NCBI RefSeq assembly: GCF_009834535.1
Contig: NC_045707.1
Location: 60,638,001-60,702,000, forward strand
Reading direction: 5' to 3'
DNA length: 64,000 bases
DNA from: Camelus ferus
Taxonomy: Eukaryota
Shown here: positions 25,558 through 40,113 of the stretch, one piece after another
How positions within the stretch are numbered: the first letter of the stretch is position 1
Layout: each line of letters starts with the position of its first letter
The notes under the pieces: generated by a model
Databases searched by the model: none
The model's input: the letters and a program-made list of their open reading frames with translations, nothing else
What the model was told of the DNA's origin: nothing
Position numbers and translations under genes: made by a program

Positions 25558-28500
25558 AATATAGGTTTATTCATAGAAATTGTAATCATGATACTGTGTT
25601 GAAATACAGTGATATTTCTTCACTGTTGATTTGTATAGGTGTTTGTACCTTTATGTTAGTTGGTCCTAAAATTTGTAATCTTTTTGAATTCTTGTTTGCT
25701 TCCTAGTTTTTCTGTTTTCTTTTCTGTTGTCACCTACCCCAACTCAGTACATGTTGTTAACGATTCTCTTGCCATTTCTACTTTGTTACTTGGAAACTAA
25801 ATGAGACCGTTTCGAATTGTGCATAAAATAGTGACTTTGCTCCAGAGAATGGCATATCAGCTGTAACCCAGGCTCTTGTGATCTTTTGATTATTCATTAC
25901 TTATTTTCTGTTTCTCAGTTGTATCCAGGCAGGTGAGGTGTTATTCTTTTTCATTTACTTCTCTGCCTTAATTGTTACAGCTACTTTGGCTCCTTAGTTA
26001 TTGATGTTTTTCTTTATTACTTTTCCTTCTCTTTTGCATGATTATCTTTGGTACTTTAAATGTTGAACTTAGATTGCCTTGCTGGTTTATTGAAGGCCTT
26101 AATTTTCATCTCTTTCTTTCATTTTATACCCAAAATAATTTCCCAGCATTGTTTTACATTTTATGTACCTTATTCTCTTTTTTATTTCCCAGCCTCCTTT
26201 CCTGAATCTTCAGGTAAATTGATGGATTGTAATTTATCCTGGGCAAGCAAATTTAAATTAATCTGTTTCTCCTCTCTTCTTTGATATTGCTGCATTTCCC
26301 TGTTACTCTTGTTCAGCCCTTCTCTCATGAGATTTTGTAATTTTTCCTTCTATAGTTATGGTTTTGACTGCTGGGATGTGGGTCTTTAATGATTGGCGTT
26401 ATATATAATTCTTTTGCAATCAGAAGTTTATATAATTCAGATTTTAACAATGCTGATTACTTTGAAGTTGAAATCCTGTCAGGAAGGTTGTGATTTGGAA
26501 GGCTTAAACTCCTAGATTTGGCCTGATTATGTAAAATATTGTATAACCTACATAGTAAATACTTATTTGAAATTTAAAGTAGCTTAGAAGAGAAATTCGC
26601 TCTTTTGCAGTTTCTTTATCTGCCCAATGTAGGGGAAGTCAAAGTTTTAAAATATTCCCTAATACAGTAGACATATATTTACTGATTATTTTCTGAACTT
26701 TCTCCATATTGTATGAAACTCTTGGTGTTAGAATCCAGGGATTCAATTAGATAGTGGTTATATGTCTCTTGATTTACCTTTTTCATGTATTCCAAGCATT
26801 TTCCCTTTCAGATACCTGTCATAATTACTTTCCTTCTTGACTGGCTCCTTTATCCTTTATTGCTTCTATTGTGTTTATAATTTTGATATTTTTTCATACT
26901 GTTCCTGAAATTTTAAAATAGAATCTTTAGCATTATATAAATAGTATTTTGACTATTTTCAAAAGTTTGATCATTTGGGAAATTATGGTTTTTATATCTT
27001 TATTTTCCCAAGAATTTGTGATTAGGGTGTAGCAATTAAAAAAAAAATAGCCTCTCACTACTAGAAAAAATTCCTCTGTGAAAGCAGAGACTCGTTTAAG
27101 AGGTTGATAGCTTAACATATTTAGCATTTATCTAGCAAGGTCTTATTTCATTATCTTTTAGGACTTCTTAATTTACAATAAATAGTAATTAGCCTCTTCA
27201 AACTTATAAGTTGAAATTAATCAGTGATACATTTTGTGGCTATGAGATAAAATATAATTTTAATTAAATTCAGAAAAAATTTTTGGGTATTCTCTAAGAA
27301 TTTTTTTTATTGCCACCATATTGATCAGTTTTCTTTTAAGAACAGTTTTTCATTATGACTTATTTTCAGTGTTTCTCATTTTTAGTAGTCATTTTTAATT
27401 CAAATATTAAAAATTGTGTTGGTTCTTATAGATCCTTTTTGAAACTGGCATGTGGAAGTGTAATTATGTGTTTTGATTACTTATGCAATAAATTAAAGAT
27501 GATGAGTACTTTGGTTATAGTAATTTATACCTCGAATTCAAACCCCAGAACCATCTAGGCCAGAGTTAGGCACTCAGACACTCATTTTTCTTTCATCCCC
27601 AAAATGGAAAGCCATTCTTAATTTATATCAAAATGTGAAGAAATTGCTTTTAGGATTGAATAAGAAAATCAGTAATAATATTCTTTGAGGTTATCTTAAA
27701 TTAACTTTAGATCTTGCATTTCAAGCCTTGATCCTTAATAAAGAACTCTCAGCTTAAATATTGGTATGAATTTACTTGTAGGAAACTGGGGTAACTCTTT
27801 TTTGGTGTATTATAACCAGTTACTGTGCCTAATGAGAAAAACAGCCACTCTTTTTTTAGTATCTTGATTTAAAACAAAGTTCATATTTTCCTTGGAAAAG
27901 AACCTTTCAGGAAGACAGTGAAAATTTATGTAGAATGAGGTAGTTTTAACTGTAATGTAAAATATCTAACTTTAAAAACAAAGGCTTAAAATCCAGGAGA
28001 GACATTTAATATATAGGACTAAATTATTAGTACATGACTGCCAGTGACATATTTGCAAACACGCCTTAAGAGGCCTTGCTTTATCACTGTCTCAGAAACC
28101 CTCTTTGAGACCCTGTGTCACAGACTTGTGCAACCTAGCATTACAACCACCAACTGACAGAGTAAATGGATGCACTGGGAAAATAAGAAACCTGCCAGAA
28201 GTATTGTCTTTCCTACTAAGTAACTTTGTGACCTTGGCAAACCACTTAGTCTCTTCGGGTCTTAGTAAAATGGAGAATTTGGAACAGATAGCCTCTTAGG
28301 TTCTTTTGAGGATTCCTTGAACATGTTAGGGGCTAGAATTCCAATATCATAATAGGTAATATAATTCTTATAATAGCTCTGAAATAGATGGTATTTTACC
28401 AAATTTACAGATAGAATTATTGATGTCATGCAGACTTGTTCAAATAATATGCTCAGTCATGTGGCTCCTAAGGAGCCAAGCAAGAAGTTGAACCTTGGCC

Positions 28501-29829
28501 TATCTCATTTTACAGCCATGTTCTTTTTAGGATACTGCCCAAGCCATGTAGTTAGAGTAGACCACCAGATTTTTTTCTTAAAATTTGTTCCATTTCTGAA
28601 TCTGTACTTTGTAGTAAATGTGCTTTTGCATTATATCGCCCATTATTCAGGAAACCCAGAAGTCAGGGGTTAGTCCTATCTATCAGTTGTACCCAGAGTA
28701 GAAATGTGACCAGCTTTTAAATAAATATATTAAAACTTATATGTCTAAGAGATAAATGATGTGTTCAGAGTTATCTTGAATTTATTTCAGCAATGTCACT
28801 GTTGTTCAAAAACACCTTTGAAACTATTCTTTTGGCATTTCTTTAATGCCTTCAACCTCCTTCTTTTACCTATATTCTATGGTGATGAATGACATCTCTT
28901 GAGAATGGATTTGATATATGGAGAAAGTCATTCTTAACTGGGTCTCCTACATAAAATTAGTGATCAAAATGAGAAATGCCATTTTTAGTTAAAAATAATC
29001 AGTGACCAAAAGGATGAAACCTTTTATTCTTGTGTCATTTATAGGGTAGCATAGGAAGTGATTAGAAGAGAGGAGTTCCAAAATTGTTTTGTATGATGGC
29101 AAGTTGAAATGGTTTCTAAAAATGACCACTCTGAATGGAGATAACCTTTATTTGGATGCAAATTCTGCTACCTTAGTTAAAGTTACATCTTAATATAGTT
29201 GTACCTGTATTCTGTGTGCCACCTGGGCCAGTGCTTTGCTGATTTAGCATGTGCTTCAGAGAAAAAGAGTTGGTGAATGAATTATACATGGCAGGTATTC
29301 TTTCCATTAAAGGAGGTCAGAATCTATAGAATGTTTGTTTGCATAATAGTTTAATTCTTGGTTATATTTGTATTTATTATGCAGTTTGTGGTTATTTGTG
29401 TTTAGGTTTAATTCCAGGCATCTACCTTATCCCATTTCCTGGCATGAACTAAAATCACTTCTGTTGCTAAGCCTGAGTGTACGCTTTGATGCAGGTTTAC
29501 ATATGAATTAACTTTTTTTGCAAAAGTTATACTAGGCTGCATTATAAACATGTATTATTGAATGGCTTTCGAACATCAGTGCTGTACTCTATTTGGTCCA
29601 GATAATGAGCAATAATATACCTGTATATCTTGTTGCAGAGGAGCTTGTGATAGGAAGATTTCATTTTATCTCCTGAAGGTATTATTTTTCTTGATTTAAA
29701 CTCCCTGATAGTAGAGCTTAATGAAGCTTCCTTATTTGTGAATACTAAAGGATACTAGAAAAAACCTCTAGTTCCCTTTTTAGTAATACTTTTTCTTTTG
29801 AAGTTTCAAAATAATTTAATGTTGCAAGA

Positions 29830-31000
29830 TGTTTAATTCAACAGATATTTGAGTGCAAGTCACTAGGGAAGGGCCTGAAAATTCAGTGGGAACTAGATAG
29901 ACATGTGACCTCTTTGAGTTTGTGTGTGTGGGAAGGATGGGGAATGGACCATAAACTACTAATTGTGTAATTCACTGTGTAATCACCATTGCAGACAGTG
30001 CTAAGAGGAGGAAATAGAGAATGATAGATGATTTTGCTGAGTTAGTGGGGGAGGGGAGCCAAGGAAGGTGACTTAAGCTGAGGGAAAAAAGAATATTTCT
30101 GGCAGAACATCTTGTTTAAATATCCTGAAACAGCAAGGAACTTGGCTTTTGCTAGGAACTGAAAGAGTCTACTGTGACTGGAGCTTAAAGAAAATTGAAA
30201 GTGATAGCAGCGTGGCACCGTAGGTAAGGACCGGGTTATGTGAGGCTTGCTAGACCATGTTAAGGATTTTGATTTTTGTCTTAAGGTCCTTTGGAAACCA
30301 TTAGAATTTTTTAAACAAAGGCTTGTGTAATGATCAAGTTTAGAATGATCCTCTGAATGCTCTGTAAAGAATGGTTTGGAAGGTGACCAAGAAGATAGGT
30401 GGGAGACCCATTGGGTTGTGTTGAAATTAAGGTACCTATGGCTTATCCAAGGGAGAATCCTGTAGGCCAGTGGTGCTTGAAGTATGTCATCTGGGAACTT
30501 ATTAGAAATGCAGATTCTTGGGTTCTACCTAAACCTACTGAATAAGGAGCTTTGTGGGTAGAACTAAGCAGTCTGATTTTGAACAAGCCTTCCAGGTAAT
30601 TCTGATGCTTCCTAAAGCTTTTGAACCTCTGCTGCAGGTCATTGGATATATGATTTTGATGTAGGAGAGAGTTCTAGGTTGGTTACATGAGTAGGGAGTA
30701 ACTGCATGAAGGTGGTAGTTGAAAATGAGAGAAGGAGAAGAGACTCTAATGACATAAAACCCTGAGACACTTCAGTGTCCAAGTCCTGTGCAGAGTGAGG
30801 GTTGCTTGTGAAAGAATCAGAAAAGAATTGGTTAGAGAGACTAGAAAGTCAGGAGGATCTTTGAATAAGGGTTTGGCAAAGGAAGCATTAAATTTAGCAT
30901 GAAGGATCTTTGTGTGAGTAATCGTAGTGAAATTACAGACATAGGCACCAGATTTCAATAGGCTGAGAAGGAAATGGAGAGAGGAGTGAAGAAAATACAA
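29830..31000. mobile_element. L2 LINE remnant interrupted by MER5A
   Basis: L2 motifs AGACCATGTTAAGGATTTTGATTTTTGTCTTAAG...GGAAACCATTAGAATTTTTTAAAC. Confidence 0.6.
30468..30633. mobile_element. MER5A (hAT-Charlie)
   Basis: CATCTGGGAACTTATTAGAAATGCAGATTCTTGGG...AACAAGCCTTCCAGGTAATTCTGATGC. Confidence 0.8.
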
Positions 31001-34000
31001 TTTACTCATTTAAAACATCCCTTACTCTTTGGACGGATATTTATTATTCCAAATTATGGGAAAAGAGAGTAAATAATCTTGATGGTTGCTAATCAGCATA
31101 AGATTCCGTTGAGAAATATATAAAATCTCATTGTTTGGACCTCTTGATTTTGAAATTCATAATTTACATAGAGGACTGAGCTCAAGTTTACCATTGTCTT
31201 TACCATTTTGCAAGGAACGCCATAGTGTAATAATAAACTTATGGGAGGGATGTAGGAGGGATGTTTAGCCTACCAGGAATGCTGTTTTTTTTTTTTTTTT
31301 TTAACATGATTGAAACTACATTAGCAGTATGCATTTATATAGAAATAATTTTTAAACTACAATATTCTTATTTATTACAAATACATTAATTCACCTTCTA
31401 TTACTGTTATGTATCTAATGGAAAATTCTTTAAATGCATTTTATAATTGAAATTCAGACTTTTAATTTCTTTGATTACCCTAACTTGTTAGAATTATCCT
31501 AGCATGTTAATGTTAGGCTATTCTTAAGGAAGACCCCATTTAGTGTGAAGCCAAATTAAGATAATTTCAAAGTCAACCCCAATTACAAAATAGTATCTTT
31601 TGAGTTGTGTGTGTTTGTGTGTGTGTCAGTGTGCAGGTGTGTGCACACACACAGGGAAGGGAGAGGGGAGAGGGAGAGTGAGACTTAAGCCATTTTGAGA
31701 TGCGTTTTCTCTTCTGGATGAAGTATTTATTTGTCTAAGTTTTTTAAAAGAAAAAACATGATTATTACATCAACATATGCTCACTGTAAAATTCAACAGC
31801 TATAGAAACTCATAAAGTTAGTTTCTTTTGCCACTAGATCCCACTTAATGTTCCAAATAGCTTGCTGATTACCAGTTTGATGTTATTCTTCCAGGTATTC
31901 TTCTGTTCCTCTCTCCCTCACTCCCCACTTCTCTCTCTTTATGTATATATGTATATATGTATATATATAATATTTTTAAAAAACAGAACTGGGATGTAGT
32001 GTTGTTTTAAAGTTTTCTTCACCAGTCAGTTCATACTAAAGTAAAAGGTTGAATCCTAATAATTCCTCCCATTGAATTTGTATTTTGTTCTTAAAACATT
32101 AAACTGAGACTTACGAGACTTGGGTTCTGGTCTCTTTTTGCTCCATGATCTTGGGCAAGTCACTTAATCCTCCATATTTAGTTTGTCCATCTGTAGAATT
32201 TAGAGGTGATGAGTGGGTGATTTGAAGATTTCTAATAGCTCTAAAATTTGTTTAGAATTCCAGCATTTAAAAAGGCAGACATTTCCTTGAATTTTATATA
32301 GAAAGTGATTATCTTAACCCACCTGTGAATACCTAAAGGGATAATTTCTTGCCAAATTAAAAACACAAAAGGGGAGGGGGTGGAAGGAATTTAGAAACAA
32401 GATTCAAAAAGATGATTTCCTATCACTTACTAGTGTACTCTGTAGGCATACCTGCTGCTTTTAGGATAGTGCTGGCCCCTTTAAAAAATACCTTTCTTAT
32501 AGCTCATTACATTTTGACTGCAAATTCACGCCCCTTTTGGGGGGATGTGGGATGTGGGTGGGTCTGTTTGGGTCTATGTTTGGTCTTACCAGTTGATTAC
32601 TCATGGGAGATAAGACAAATGGAACTTACAGCCTGCTCAGCATTCTTTAAGGAATTGTGTCATCTTCTCACTTAAGAGTCTTGGAAAAGCCAGGGCACTA
32701 GGAATAGGAGCCATTGGTATGAGACCAGGAACTATGCTGTGTTGTCTGCTTTTTGGCTTTCTACTTTGCGATTATTTGCCAAGTAAAATCTTTACGAAAA
32801 ACTTGAGAAGGCGGAACAGTCTTAGTTTGAAGAATTTCTGAGTGAAGGCGTTCAGCTTTTGAATTAGCATTGCTCTATTCTTATTAATATTACATTATGA
32901 AAAGATGGTTTTTGTTTTCTTGCTTTCGGTATCTTAAGTTTTTTATTTTATTTTATTTTTTATATGTTTTTAATTGTTTTCTTTTTTTATCCATAGTGTT
33001 CTTTGTCAGTTAAGCTTTTATGGACTCTTATTCCTAATCTTTGGCTTGTATTTTTCTAATATAGTCTTGTTATGTTTATATATTTTGAATTTCTCTGCCA
33101 TTTTCGTTTGATTTTTTTGCTTAAACTTAAAAAAAATTAGCTATATTTTTCCAAATAGAATTTTATTAACGCAGAGTCACAAATAAGTATAAAGAAGAAT
33201 AATTGAGAAAACTAGTGACTCCCAACAGTGGCTTGCCCGGAGAGTTTTAGTTTAAATTTATTTTTCCTAAGTGCGTGGCTGTTGGCTGGCATGATTGAAA
33301 TGTGAAAGGCCCAAAATGTACTTCACACTCTAAGCAAGAGATTCAGAATAATTTTTTTCCTCTCCACTTATCTAATAGTGGCCTAAGAAGGGCTTCTTAT
33401 AAGAGACTATTCCTTTAAATTTTGAACCTCTTCCTCAGAGCTCTGATCTCAGTAAGTCAGATGCACCATGGACAAATTTCCCACCTCTAAATAAAAATAA
33501 GTTTATTTACAAAGATAAAAACCTTTTAACTATACTTAAAGGGACTGTTTGAAGGTGTTTAATTTTATAAGTTTCACAATTCTCATTTTAAAAACAATAA
33601 ATAATCTTTAACAGTATCAGTCTCCCTGAAATCTCCTTTCTACAAAAAGCAAACACTAAAAACAGTGGTGGGTCTTAACTAATATTTTATTGCTAATATT
33701 ATTAAAATTTTTTCTAATTTATATTTCTTAAAATAGGAACTTCCTTTTTCTAGTATGCATATAGGAAATGCTTTGCAAAATATTTTATAATATAAAATAC
33801 TGTCATCATGAAAATTAAATTTTAAAGAGAAAAGAATTTGTGATTCTGACTGATTTATCAATAATTTTTTATGTGTTCATGAATACTTCCATCTGTTTTT
33901 GATATGTAACATATGGGCCCAAGGAAGCAAAAGTAGATAAGATCATTTTTCAGTCTCTACATTTAACACTCTGGGCCAAGGCCTTTAACTGGTTATTGCT

Positions 34001-35459
34001 CTGATGTAGGTGGAACAGATAAAACCTTGTTTGTTAGCTGACTGTCACTATATGACATCCTTGCTCAATAAGAGATTCGAGTTAATTTAATCATGTTGCC
34101 TCGTTGTCCTCACCATAGCTACATTGCTACTAGTCTGTTTAAAGGTTAGCATATTACCCTTTAATACTATATCTCTCATAGCATCTCATTCTCATTCTGC
34201 ATTTCTGAACAGTTCTCTCATTCTGGCAACTAAATTGTCTCAAATTATTACGATTTTGGCTGTGTCTTCACAGATACAAAGCATTGAAAAGATACTTTTC
34301 TGTTCTGTGTATAAAATATAGAAAGGAATTACTTCTGCCACATACATAAAATCTTAATAAATATTTAAGTTAAATACATAAGAATACAAACCCTGCTTTC
34401 TTTTATTACACACTTTTAAACGTATACATGTAAAAATACTTCAAAATTATAAATACCCAAGAATTCTGATCTTGGTCATATTAGGTCTCTTGAAATATAA
34501 TTATAGCATTCTGATATCTAGTATGCCGTGAGTTAATTCTTGTAGTTGATAGTTTTGGAGCGAGATTTTTTTTTATATCGTTTTCCAAAATAACAATCAC
34601 TTATAGAATTCAGATTCTAGGAAATGTGAAAGCTTTCATAATTTCAAGAGCACAGTGACAGCTACACAGCAAGTCCATATGTTGCTTAGCTATAATTACA
34701 TTTTAATAATTATTTTTTCTTTGGAAGAACTATGGCTAACCTCCAAGAGACTGAAGCTGATGGTTGTAAGTATTCATATTTTCTCAGAGAAGTCTTTCTT
34801 TTTTCCTATTTTAAATAGTTGAATATATTTATTTTATACCATAGCATCAACTGGTTGAAGTTTCTATTCTGGATTCTACTGTAAAATCTAAATGAATATT
34901 TGCATCAGATGGGAAAATCACCCTGGTTTTTTTGTCACTCGCGTATATGGACTTGCTGCCACAGGCACTCTAATTTTGCCATCTCCTACACACGACTTGC
35001 TCCTTTCCGCCTCCGTTCTTCTTGGCATTACCATTCCCTCCACCTGCATTGTTTTATCCACTTTCTTTTCTCCTTTTAAAACTGGCATTGAAAATAATTT
35101 CCTGTAGAAATGCTTGACTCCATGTAACTATTACTTATTTTCTTGGTTTCACCTTAACACTTAACATGGCTAGCTATAGATTCAACTAATCTGAGTTGTG
35201 TTTCTGTGATATACCAGGTATAGTGTTACCTATCTCATTTAATTTTCATGGCTATCCTGTGAGTTATTCCCATTTTACAGATGAAATTAAATAAATTCCT
35301 TGTTACATCCCTAGTTTTAGTTGTGCCAAAAACTGAACTTTTTTCATGATTTAAAAAAAATCACTGCGTTTTACAAAGTCATTCTGCTTTTCTCTGTTTC
35401 TGTAACCTTTCCCTTCTTGTTCTGTACCATTTAACACCTATCAATCTACCACTTAAAAT

Positions 35460-36745
35460 ATTTTTCATTCAAGTGTAATTTACATAGAATAAAATACACC
35501 CATTTAAAGTATATAATTTGCATTTTGACAAATTTATACACCCATGTAACAACCACTACAGTCAAGATATAGAGCATTTTCATCAGTCCTCCAAATCCCT
35601 TCTGCCCTTTCCCACTTAATGTCTCTTGTTCCCCACTCTCTCCCAGGTAATAGCTGGTCTGCATTCTGTCCACTATGGATTGTTTTTGTTTGTTCTAGAA
35701 TTTCACAAATGGAAGAACAGAATACATGCTTTTGTCTGACTTTTTTTGCTCAGTATGCTTTTGAGATTGCTTTATTGCTAGATAGTATTCGATTATATAG
35801 AATAAATATACCACACTTTGTTTAGCCATTCACCTGTTGATAGATAATTTGACTTGTTTCTAGATTTTGGCTGATGAGAATAAAGCTACTCTGAAAAATC
35901 CATGTACAAATCTTTCAGTGGACATGTTTCCCTTTTCTCTGTGTAACTGTCTAGAAGTGGCTGTACTCTTTTGTATTCCCACTAACAATGTATGAGAGCT
36001 CCAGTTGCTCCCCATCCTCATCAACATTTATATTGTCAGTTTAACATTTTTTAGTCATTCTAGTGGTTATATAGTAATGTCTCTTGTTTTTTTGTCTGTA
36101 TTTCACTGATGACCAGTGGTATTGAACACCTTTTCATGGGCTTAGTGATCATTTGTATCTTTTTTTGGTAAATATTAAAAATCTTTTGTCTTTAAAAACT
36201 GTATTTTCTTCTTATTGACTTTTAAAGGTTCTTTATATAATCAGGATCCTAGTTCGTCAGATAGATGTATTATGCATATTTTCTCCCAGTCTGTGGCTTG
36301 CCATTTCATTTCCTTAACTGTTTTTGAAGACGAGAAGCTTTTAATTTTTATCAAATTTAGCATATCAATTTTTTCTTTCATTGTTTGTGTTTTCACACAA
36401 CTCCTAAAAAATTTTTGCCTACTCCAAAGCTGTGAAGATTTTCTCTCATGTTTTATTCTATAAGTTTTATAGTGTTGGCTTTTTATTTAGGTCTGTGATT
36501 CATTTTGAGTTAATTTTTGTGTTTGGTTTAAGAGCCAAGGTTTTATATTTTAATTAATACTTAGTTTTATTGAAAATGTTTCCCTTTCCTGTTGGATTTC
36601 CCTTGGCACTTTTGTTAAAAATTAATTGACCATGTTTGTGTGGTCCATTTCTGGACTTCCTGCTCTATTCCATTGATATATATGTGGTACACCAATACCG
36701 TACTCTTATACTTTATTTTTATAATTTTTGGAGATAGTGTAAATC
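35460..36745 (-). mobile_element. L1MB/MC-like 3' region
   Basis: TGTATGAGAGCTCCAGTTGCTCCCCATCCTCATCAACATTT and ATTTTCTCCCAGTCTGTGGCTTGCC. Confidence 0.8.
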
Positions 36746-37560
36746 TCCCAACCCAACATCATTTTGGAAATAGAAAAAAAATCTTCGCATAATTTACTCC
36801 CTTGCCCTCACTGCTGTTTGTGTATATGTTGTTAATTTTTGTTTTTCATTTGATTTTGTTAGTTTCAAATATGTTGCCACCAACAGAGGCTTTGTGCTTA
36901 GTATTTTCCAAGGCAGACATTGTTTGTATTAAGGAAGATGCTAACTACTTTCGGCTAACTGGAAGGAATTAACAACTGGGGTGCTTCCTTTGTCTCACTA
37001 TTATTGATAGTAAGCAGCTCTACATTCCATTGGTGCCTCTATATGGTTTTTGACAAGGTCAGTAAATTGGGGCTGTAGCCCCAGAAGTGTGTACCAGAAG
37101 CCACGTATGGGTTTAAATACCAGATCTGACACTTGACAGGAAATGAAATTGTAACACTTTTCAATTACTTTAAGACTTTGTATTTCTTTTCCTTCTCCTG
37201 TCTCTTTTTAACAGAAGCATTCTAGCCTTGTCTAAAGCAGTCTTTTGTATGAATATATGAAGAACTCTAATGGCAATTGCCAAAACTATAGGGTGTGCTT
37301 AATGGGAACATGTTATATTGAGAAAAGTGTTAGATACAGATTGCATTTAGTTCAGTTTCTGACTACATGTAAATTGAAGTAAAAAATCCTGGGTGAATGA
37401 ATACCATTCTTGATTTCAAGACAGTGCCCAGATGCTTTCATTTTCCTTCTTTTCTTAAGCCACCTCTCCTTACTTAAGAGTAAAAATAATAGGAGAAATG
37501 GTAAATGTAACACATATTCAATTACATATTGATTTTTGTCAAATCAGTAATACATGTTTC

Positions 37561-38450
37561 TACAAATGGCCAATAGGCATATGAAAAGATGCTCAATATG
37601 TTAATTATCAGAAAAATGCAAATCAAAACTACAATGGTGTATCACCTCACACCATCCAGAATAGCCATCATTAAAAAGTCCACAAACAATAAATGCTGCA
37701 GAGGGTGTGGAGAAAAGGGAACTCTCCTACACTGTTGGCAGGAATGTAGTTTGGTGCATCCAGTATGGAAAACAGGATGGAAAGTCCTTAAAAAACTAAA
37801 AATAGACTTACTGTATGATCCAGCAGTCCATCTCACTCATGGGCATATATCTGGAGGAAGCTCTAATTTGAAAGGATACATACACCCCAGTGTTCATAGC
37901 AGCACTACTTGCAATAGGCAAGACATGTCCATCGACAGATGACTGGATAGAGAAGTTGTGATATGTATATACAATGAAATACTACTCAGCCATAAAATAG
38001 AATAAAATAATGCCATTTGCAGCAACATAGATGACCTGGATATCATCATACTAAGTGAAGTAAGCCAGAAAGAGGAAGAAAAATACCATATGATATCACA
38101 TATATAGAATCCCAAAAAAATGACACAAATGAACTTATTCACAAAACAGAAACAGTACAGACATAGAAAAGAAGCTTATGGTTATCAGGAGGAAAAGGGG
38201 ATGGGAAGGGATAAATTGGGAGTCTGAGATTTGCAGTTACTTACTACTATATATAAAATAGATGAACAACAAATTTCTTCTGTATAGAACAGGGAACTGT
38301 ATTCAATATCTTATACTAAGCTATAATGAAAAAGAATATGAAAAGGAATATATGTATATACATGTATGACTGGAATATTATGCTGTACACCAGAAATTGC
38401 CACAACATTGTAAACTGACTATACTTCAACTTAAAAGAGAAGAAAAAAAA
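37561..38450 (+). mobile_element. 5'-truncated, relatively young L1 (890 bp; ORF2 C-terminus, 3'UTR, poly-A)
   Basis: ORF 37589..37942 encodes the L1 ORF2 Cys-rich C-terminus ([41 protein letters not shown]). 12-bp TSD AATACATGTTTC at 37549-37560 and 38451-38462. Confidence 0.93.
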
Positions 38451-40113
38451 AATACATGTTTCATGTGTATATTTGGTTCTTCCAATTATATTGTATGCTT
38501 TCCTGGACAGGGATTTTATCTTCTGCTTATTTTGTATCCATTTCTTCACTTCTCGCTTACCAGAAATGTTGATGGATCTTGATTATGCGTTTTAATTCTA
38601 GTGAATAATGTTCTAGGCCATGGTAGAAACAAATGTGAATTTTTTCTTCCTACTGAAATCACATTTCTCCTCTGAAAGACATTTCTTAGCTTTGCTCTTA
38701 ACACAACTTAAAATTTTAGAAACCAGGTAGGTGATGAAGTAGAGGTAGGTTAATAGCTTCCCCTTTTTCAGTTATTGGTATAGATTGACTGTGGTCCAGG
38801 GCCTTAGATGGGTTTGTCATCAGTTTGTGTCCCTTCCTGTACTTGTCCATAAAGACTGCAGTAGATTACAAGATCAGTTGGACAAGTGTCAGTCAGCTGC
38901 TTGAGTAGATATTTTTAGGTATGTTTCTCCTCTTAGTACTAATCATGCAGTTGACCACAAATCTTTCATTTCATAGTGGGTGAAAGATATGAAGCGGGAG
39001 CTCCAGAGGAAGCACCTTGGATAGTAAGAGCCAAACTAAAATTGAGGTAGAGATCACATTTCTGATTAAACACAATTTTTTCTCCTTATGATTCTGATAA
39101 AAACCTGAGCTTGCATGATGTTTGTATGATAGATCTTATTTAATGAAGTTAAAGCACCTAGTCAGAAACATAAGGGTGAATATTACACTGTTGTGTTTTC
39201 TATGGTAGTTTTCTGGTGTCTTATGTTCTAGGTCTGACATTGATTTCACTTTTATAAATTCATTTAAAATATTTTGAAGTTAACTTTCATTTTGTTTCAT
39301 TATTCAAATGTCACATATTTTGGTTATAAGTGGCTGAAATAGTATCTGTGTCCACTTAGGGTTCTAACTTAAATCATTGGAATGGTAAGCTTATACTATT
39401 GAATTAAAGCTGAAAAACTAAGTTTTAGAAAAAACAGACACTTGAGCAGCTCCAGAGATCTAGAGAGCAGGAAGCGTTGGATAGTCTTTATAGAGACTCC
39501 GTTAGGATAGACAGTTCTTTAATTGATTTTCCATTCATGTGATCACTGTTTATGATTCACATTTTTCAGCGAGTGAGACAGATAGGGACTGATTGGCTTG
39601 GCTTGGATTTATTGCCTGCTTTTTGTTGGGAAAGGGTGGGGCACCAATTACATACTTTGAAAGAGGATGTTTTCCTCAAAGGAAGATCAAGATGCGTATT
39701 ATCTCAGGAAGGGGAAGTGGTTGTGGACAGGTTAAAAAAACCCTCTAATATTGTTACAGTTTCTAGGTTGGTATAGTATTTCTTTAATCCTTTCATGCAG
39801 TATTAACTATTTCTTGGCTGACCTTGGGTTTGGACCTTTCACCCTTCATAGATTGCCTTGATCATATAATAGCTTTTATTAAATGCCCATGAAGACTTGT
39901 CTGCTTTATACTTCAGTTGCTTTTCTTCTGTGTTTAATTCATACTCTTATTTGAATAAGTGACTCAAGCTGTTGAGTCAGTTAATTTTAAGAAATTTTTG
40001 TGTTTCCTTTATTCATTTAATGGATTCTTTTTTGTGCTAGCTGTATGTCAGGTACTATCCAAGATGCCAAGGTTTCAAAAATAAGAGCTAACATGCTCCC
40101 CCCCTACCCCCAG

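Noticed and set aside
37589..37942. 117-aa ORF with Cys motifs
   Set aside because: L1 ORF2 C-terminal remnant in a 5'-truncated element, not a host gene.
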